64,000 bases of DNA from the human T2T-CHM13v2.0 reference genome, Homo sapiens. Of this stretch, positions 58,128 to 64,000 are shown one piece after another (positions within the stretch are counted from its first letter, which is position 1; the number at the start of each line of letters is the position of its first letter). The DNA is taken from the NCBI RefSeq assembly GCF_009914755.1, contig NC_060927.1. One strand, given 5' to 3'. The notes below the pieces were generated by a model. That model worked only from the letters and a program-made list of their open reading frames with translations. It searched no databases and was not told the origin of the DNA. The translations under genes were made by a program, and so were the position numbers.

Positions 58128-58915
58128 TTGATGGTTAATTTGATGTCAAACTGGACTATAGGGGGCCCAGATATTTGGCCAAAGATTATTCTGGGTATGT
58201 TTGTGTATTAGTCCATTCTCATGGACTGGGAAGACCTCAGAAACTTGCAATCATGGCAGAAGGGGAAGAGGCACGTCTTACATGGTGGCAGGTGATAAAG
58301 AGAGAGAGCACGCAACAGCGGGGTGCACTGCCTTATAAAACCGTCAGATCTTGGGAGAACTCATTATCATGAGAACAGTACAGGGAAAGACGCCCTCATG
58401 ATCCAATCACCTCCCACCTTGTCCCTCCCTTGACACTTGGGGACTGTGGGGATTACAATTCGAGATGAGATTTGGATGGGAAAACAGAGCCAACCATAGC
58501 AGTTTGTGTGGGTGTTTCTAATTGAGATTAATATTTGAATTGGAAGACTGAGTAAAGCAGATGTCCTCTAATGTGAGTGGGCCTCATCCAATCAACTGAA
58601 GACCTGAATAGGCCAAAATGTTGAGTAAGAGGAAACTCCCCCTACCTGTATGAGCTGGGACATCAGTCTTTTCCTTTTTTTTTGGGCTGGGACTGCTGCA
58701 TCCCCTGGACTGGTTCTCAGGCCTTCAGACTTGGACTGGCTACATCACTGGCTCTCCTAGGTCTACAGCTTTCTGAATGCAGATCTTAAGACTTCTAAGC
58801 TTCCATAATTGCATGAGTCAATTCCTTAAAAATATGTATTTTTTAAACAACATAAAATTAAAAATGTTCATATATATATTTTTTTCTATTTCTCTGGAGA
58901 ATCCTGACTAATATA
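58128..58915 (+). mobile_element. MLT2 (ERVL) LTR interrupted by a MaLR LTR
   Basis: TGATGGTTAATTTGATGTCAA...GGCCTCATCCAATCAACTGAAGACCTGAATAG...TCTCTGGAGAATCCTGACTAATA. Confidence 0.85.
58204..58501 (-). mobile_element. THE1/MST MaLR LTR, internally deleted
   Basis: TGTATTAGTCCATTCTCA...CAATCATGGCAGAAGG...CATAGCA with 5-bp TSD GTTTG. Confidence 0.85.
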
Positions 58916-59010
58916 GGTGGAGAGTGAAATAGGAGTTATTGGAGTTGTATGTTTGGACAGGGAAAATCCCAGACAAATTTACTATGAGCCTCTCAATTGA
59001 TTATGAAGGG

Positions 59011-59515
59011 TGTATCAGTCAGGATTGTTTATAGCTGCAAGCAACAAAACCCAAAAAAGAGTGGCTTAAATGGAAAGGAGTTTACTAGTCCCATGTCACA
59101 GAAGATTAGAGTTAGGCAGTCTAAGACTAGTGGGGTGAATCTGCAATGTCATCAAAAGTCCAAATTCCTTTAATCTTACAATTTAATTATCCTTAGTTTA
59201 CAGTTCTTAACATTGCAAAATGGCTGCTATACTTCCAAATGCTAAGTCCAGGTCCCAGACAAGAAGATGGAAAAAGGTAAAGACCAAGATTAAAGGGCAA
59301 AAGAGCATGCCAGATGAATTGTTCTTTAAAAAAAAAAAAGTTTTTGTAAATTCTGCCCAGTAAATCTCATTTTCATCACTTTGGCCAAAACTGGGTCATA
59401 TGGTCATTGCTGGGGGTCTGGAAAATTATTTTAAATTGGACACTTGTACCTTGAATAAATTAGTAAGAAAAAGGGGGTGAATGAATGAATATTGAATGGG
59501 CAATTATCAGCATGT
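59011..59515 (-). mobile_element. Old ERVL/MaLR LTR (LTR33-like)
   Basis: TGTATCAGTCAGGATTG...GCTGCAAGCAACAAAACCC...GTGGCTTAAA...AAAATGGCTGC. Confidence 0.55.
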
Positions 59516-59929
59516 CTTAAGGTATTCATGGAGGAGGTGGCATTTCAACAGAGAGAGAGGGATGAGAGAAAAACAGAAAGAATGAGTGGATCATTGAGCA
59601 ATCCCAAAGAGACTTGGAAGCATGAATGAAGAGATTATACTAGATTGGATGTTTGTGGAAACCATTCTATGGCCTTAAGGAGGGCTAGATTTGCCCAATT
59701 CAAATTAAAACTCCATTTTGAGATCTGGAACATTCCATTTTGCCTGGTTCCCTGTACTGCAGACTCTTTTGGAGAACAAGCTTAGTGCTCAGTGACAAGT
59801 ATTACACATTTATCTGACACTTACTTATTGGTAGACCATGTTGCTTCTCAATCTAGTTTGAGAAAGGTGGTAGCCAATTGAAAATCTATTACAGGGGTGA
59901 CCCTTATGATATGACATTACTTTAGCCAC

Positions 59930-60204
59930 TATAATGCCTGATGATCAGCCAGTATCTCCCATCACCCCCAGATGGGACTGTCTAGTTGCAAGAGAACAAG
60001 CTCAGGGCTCCCACTGATTCTACATTATGGTGAGTTGTATAATTACTTCATTATATATTACAATGTAATAATAATAGAAATTAAGTGCACAATAAATGTA
60101 ATGCACCTGGATCATCCTGAAACCATCCCCCCAACCCCAGTCCATGGAAAAATTGTCTTTCATAAAACCGGACCCGATGATGCCAAAAATGTGGGGGACC
60201 ACTG
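59930..60204 (+). mobile_element. MER1A fragment (hAT-Charlie)
   Basis: CCCATCACCCCCAGATGGGAC...CTCAGGGCTCCCACTGATTCTACATTATGGTGAG...GGGGACCACTG. Confidence 0.85.
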
Positions 60205-61963
60205 CCTTAAAGGATGAGTAAGACTTCACCAACTGAAGCAGCAGGCATTGAGTACCTCAGGACCCTGCATCATCAGAGAACTTTTAAATTGTCTTGAAAA
60301 GACATATATGGCTGCATCAGAGAGATTGACTCACCTGTTTTATAAAGAAAATTTTTAAAGAAAAAAAGTAGATGAAATAAGAAGTTTTCTTGAATGCTGC
60401 CTTGGTGTTCTGCTTTAATCTGGATTCAATTATCCAGAAAACATCAGCCCTTCAAGTCTTTTGAAATAATTGACCTTTCATCTGCATCCTAAAGCATTTT
60501 TCTTGTCATGGTGTATTTTGTGAACCTTTTCTTCCTTTTCTTTTCCCTGCAGATATTCTGAGTTGCCCAATTTTGTTCATTTTTTTTTCCATAGGTAAAA
60601 AGGTGGTAGTCTCTTATTTTACCTCCATCTTAGCAACAGGGTTTGGAATTATTCTTCTCTGTCTTAATATTTGTATGTTGGGGGAAAAAAGCTAAAAGAA
60701 ATGATGAACAAAATCGAGAAAAGAGGTTAAGAACATGTCGCTCCAGACTCTGGGAGCAGTCAAATCAAGCTGCCAGCTGCAACAAGAATCTCTCTAATAA
60801 GGAAATTAGAGCATGATCATTTCTGGCTATGTGACTCTGATTCTAAATAGGTTTTACAAATAGATTGTGATTGAACTTGGAAACATAAACAAATTGGCTT
60901 TGCAGAATAAAGGCTGAACTACATTTTCGTTAGAGAATTAAAATGCTTTTATGGGAGGCACTCTGGGAGAACGGACAGCTATTTTAATGACAGCATATGC
61001 ATTTCTGAAACACGCTGGCTTTGTTGACTTCCCTTTGGAGAGTTGGGTTTGATAAGCTCAAAAGAAAGTTTCCCAAAAGGGTCCCTAAGAGGACAACTGA
61101 TAAAGGCAGGGGATGGGGTACTGTATGTTTGAAATTCCCCATTCAATGGCTGGGAGGAGAGGTGCCATTTAAAAATAATAGGTTTAAAAATATCCAAAGC
61201 TTAAAAAATTCAGTCAGCTGTCTTCCTTGGACAATTCTTTTGTCTCTTGGAGGGTTGGGGATAGAAGTTCTTTAAGCTCTTCTGACACATTTTTACTTAT
61301 AAATATTCATGCAGTGTTCCAGTGCCTCTCCCACTGATTCTGTGCAGCCTCCCCACCCTAGCAAGAGAGTCAGTGCCTAATTTCTCCTAAGGCCCCGGTT
61401 CAGCCCCAGCCAAGCCAGAGCCATTTGAAAACACAGAAGACTTTTCAGTGAAGATAAAAGGTTATACATGTCTGTGTGTCCAAGCTCGTATTCCACATGA
61501 GAGGATTAGTCTCACTCTCTGCAAACTCTCCCAGTTGTTATAAGTAGTCATGGTTTTGTGTGTTTTGTGCTTCACACAGTGAGAAAACAGATCTGCCAAT
61601 TGGAAAGATGCTCTTTTTAATTTTCCTTTTGCTAAATCCACTGGTTACTTGCTAAGGCCTCATCCATTATTGAGTCCAAGTCAGCAGAATCTCTTTGCCA
61701 GTAATAGGTTCGTACATTTAGAAACATAAAATGTGAGACCTAGCAGGGACTACAAAGGTCATTGACCTGTTGGGTAGGAATTTGGATATGGGTCATGTGG
61801 AGTATATTCCATTATCTCAAAATGCTCACATAATGGAATCTTTTCCTGTGTGCTAACCCTACATCCTTGTGTGCTGTTTTCCCCACATCCTAGGTATGTG
61901 GGCGGGAAGTGCATGAAGTCTAGAGCTCCATATACACACTCTCCCTTCTTATTTGGATGTGGG

Positions 61964-62499
61964 TGTAATGGTTAATTTATATGTCTACTTGACTGGGTTA
62001 AGGGATGCCCAGATAGCTAATAAAATGTTATTTCTGGGTGTGTCTGTGGGGGCCGGGGTTGGCACTGTGGCCGGCGGGGGCGGGGAGTCTGGAAGAGATT
62101 GGCATTTAAATCAGTAGACTATTCAGTCTCTGAATAGTGAACAGGCCTCATCAATGTGAACAGGCATCATCCAATTAACTGAAAGACTGAATAGAACAAA
62201 AAGGTAGAGGAAGGGTAAATTCAGTCTCTCTCCTCTTGAGCTAGGTCATCTGTCTTCTCCTGCCCATGGATGTTGGAGCTTCAGACTCCAGGACTTACAC
62301 CAGTGCCCACTCCTCCTCAGCCTCCTGACTGAATCACACCACCGACTTTCCTGTTTCTTCAGCTTGCAGATGGCATATCGTGGGACTTCTCAGCCTCCAC
62401 AATCATGTGAGCCAATTCCCATAATAAACTCTCCTCTTATGTATCTATGCACTGTATATTCTATTGGTTCTGTGTCTCTGGAGATCCCTAACTAAGACA
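61964..62499 (+). mobile_element. MLT2 (ERVL) solo LTR
   Basis: TGTAATGGTTAATTTATATGTCTACTTGACTGGG...GGACTTCTCAGCCTCCACAATCATGTGAGCCAATTCC...CTAAGACA. Confidence 0.88.
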
Positions 62500-63091
62500 G
62501 TGAGGTCTCTCACATCCCCAGGGCCTAATTTCCCCCATGAAGTGCTTTCTGGGCCCAGGCAAATGAGGATGCACAGCTTATTTCTACACTTAGGGCTATG
62601 GCTTCATTAAAAAAAAAAAAAAAGCTTCTTAAATTGTATAGGGCAACCAAATATTTTGCTAAAAGATGCTTACATTGAAAACCTATGAAGTCTTATGTTT
62701 TTATTTCAGAGATACTTTATTTTCATTAATGATTCAGCCTTAAATGGGTATTTAGCTCTAACAGTTCAGTCCCCTGCTGATACTTTTTCTGTCAAGCATA
62801 TAGAAATTTATAAATGAATTACCAAGCGAACTCCTTATTTAAAAGGAACACTTAAATTAATTCACTGTGAAAATAAAATTTCTGCTCTCCTTAACTCACC
62901 CACTCAACATAAACAGTTTATTTTCTTTATAGCATGTTTTATTAAACAACAAAACACAGAGAACTGGGCATCCTGTGACCTAGATTCTAGACACAGTTCT
63001 TCCATAAATAGGTGAATTTGGACAAGTCATACATAAAAGGATGGATTAATGCCAAGTACATTGCAGGGTGAGCTTCTCAAACTTTACCGTG

Positions 63092-63585
63092 TGTACTCGT
63101 CAGAACTCCCCAGAGAAACTGAAGCAATAGGAAGTGTATTGGAACCTTCCTCAAATCCAAAGTGAACTAGTAGACTTTTTCACAGAACCTGAGACAGAGT
63201 GAGAGAGAGAGAGAAAGAATGAGAGAGAGAGAGAGAGAGATTTATTTTAGGGAATTGAAATTTATTTTATGAAATTTTAAGGAATTGGAGTGTCATGTAA
63301 TTGTGGGGATAGGCAAGTCTGAAATCTGTAGGGTAGACTGCAGATCCAGGGAAGAGTTGCAGTTAGAATCCAAAGGGAAGGTCAGTCTTTTTTCTATTAA
63401 GGCCTTTAACTGACTGGATGAGGCCCACCCACATTATGGAGGGCAATCTATTTTGCTCAAGGTCCAACTGATTTAAATGTTGATCTTATTTGAAGAATTT
63501 CTTCATAGAAAATTCTAGAATAATGTTTGAACAAATATCCCGGTACTGTAGCTTAGCCAAACTGACACATTAAATTACCCATCCA
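63092..63585 (-). mobile_element. MLT2 (ERVL) solo LTR inserted into a MER5-like element
   Basis: CCAGAGAAACTGAAGCAATAGG...(GA)n...GACTGGATGAGGCCCACCCACATTATGGAGGG. 5-bp TSD CCGTG/CCATG. Confidence 0.85.
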
Positions 63586-64000
63586 CCATGCCGAAGAAGC
63601 ACCTGGGGAGCTGATTTCTGGGCTCCATCCTCAAGACTCAGATTCTATTTTTCAATTCTAAGGAACTCCCCAGTGATGCTGAGGCAGCGCTTCCAGGAGT
63701 TATTCTCTGAGAAGCATGGTTTTGGTCTGCTATTGTATGATCAAGAGCTAGGCTGTTCTACAGGTGAGGAAACTGAAGCCCAGAGTTAAGAAGGGGCTTG
63801 TCCACGGGAGCTTGGATAGTTGCAAATTATGACCCAAGTCTTCAAATCTTAGTTGGGCTCTTTCCACTTAACACACTGCCTGCCATGTAGTGCAAATGAA
63901 CTTCCTTAAAATACAGCCTTGTAATTGAACCTCCCTCAAATCCAAAGTGAACTAGTGAAACTTTCCACAGAACTTGACAACCTGGTCCTAACATTCATGT

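Overview
This is mammalian DNA, very probably human: it carries L1HS-type diagnostic bases and AluY, MER9 and MST elements. It is non-coding intergenic or intronic sequence. Much of the window is interspersed repeat: L1, Alu, MIR, L2, ERV1/ERVK/ERVL/MaLR solo LTRs and hAT MERs. I can support no host protein-coding gene, RNA gene or CRISPR array, and the only real coding remnants are L1 ORF2 fragments. The main non-repeat feature is an isolated CpG island at about 39.35-39.99 kb. It contains a strong CTCF motif and a textbook-looking 112-nt intron whose removal would turn an ATG-TAA start-stop into a 78-codon ORF followed by AATAAA; this is a hypothesis, not a demonstrated gene. Other notable structure: three independent 5'-inverted (twin-primed) L1 insertions, one of them an L1HS with an atypical ACT diagnostic triplet; a closely spaced inverted AluY pair; an 85-bp near-perfect tandem duplication; two local templated duplications; and a TSD-flanked left-arm-only Alu. 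Repeat subfamily names come from recalled consensus sequences and need RepeatMasker/Dfam confirmation. Boundaries of the old repeats are approximate.
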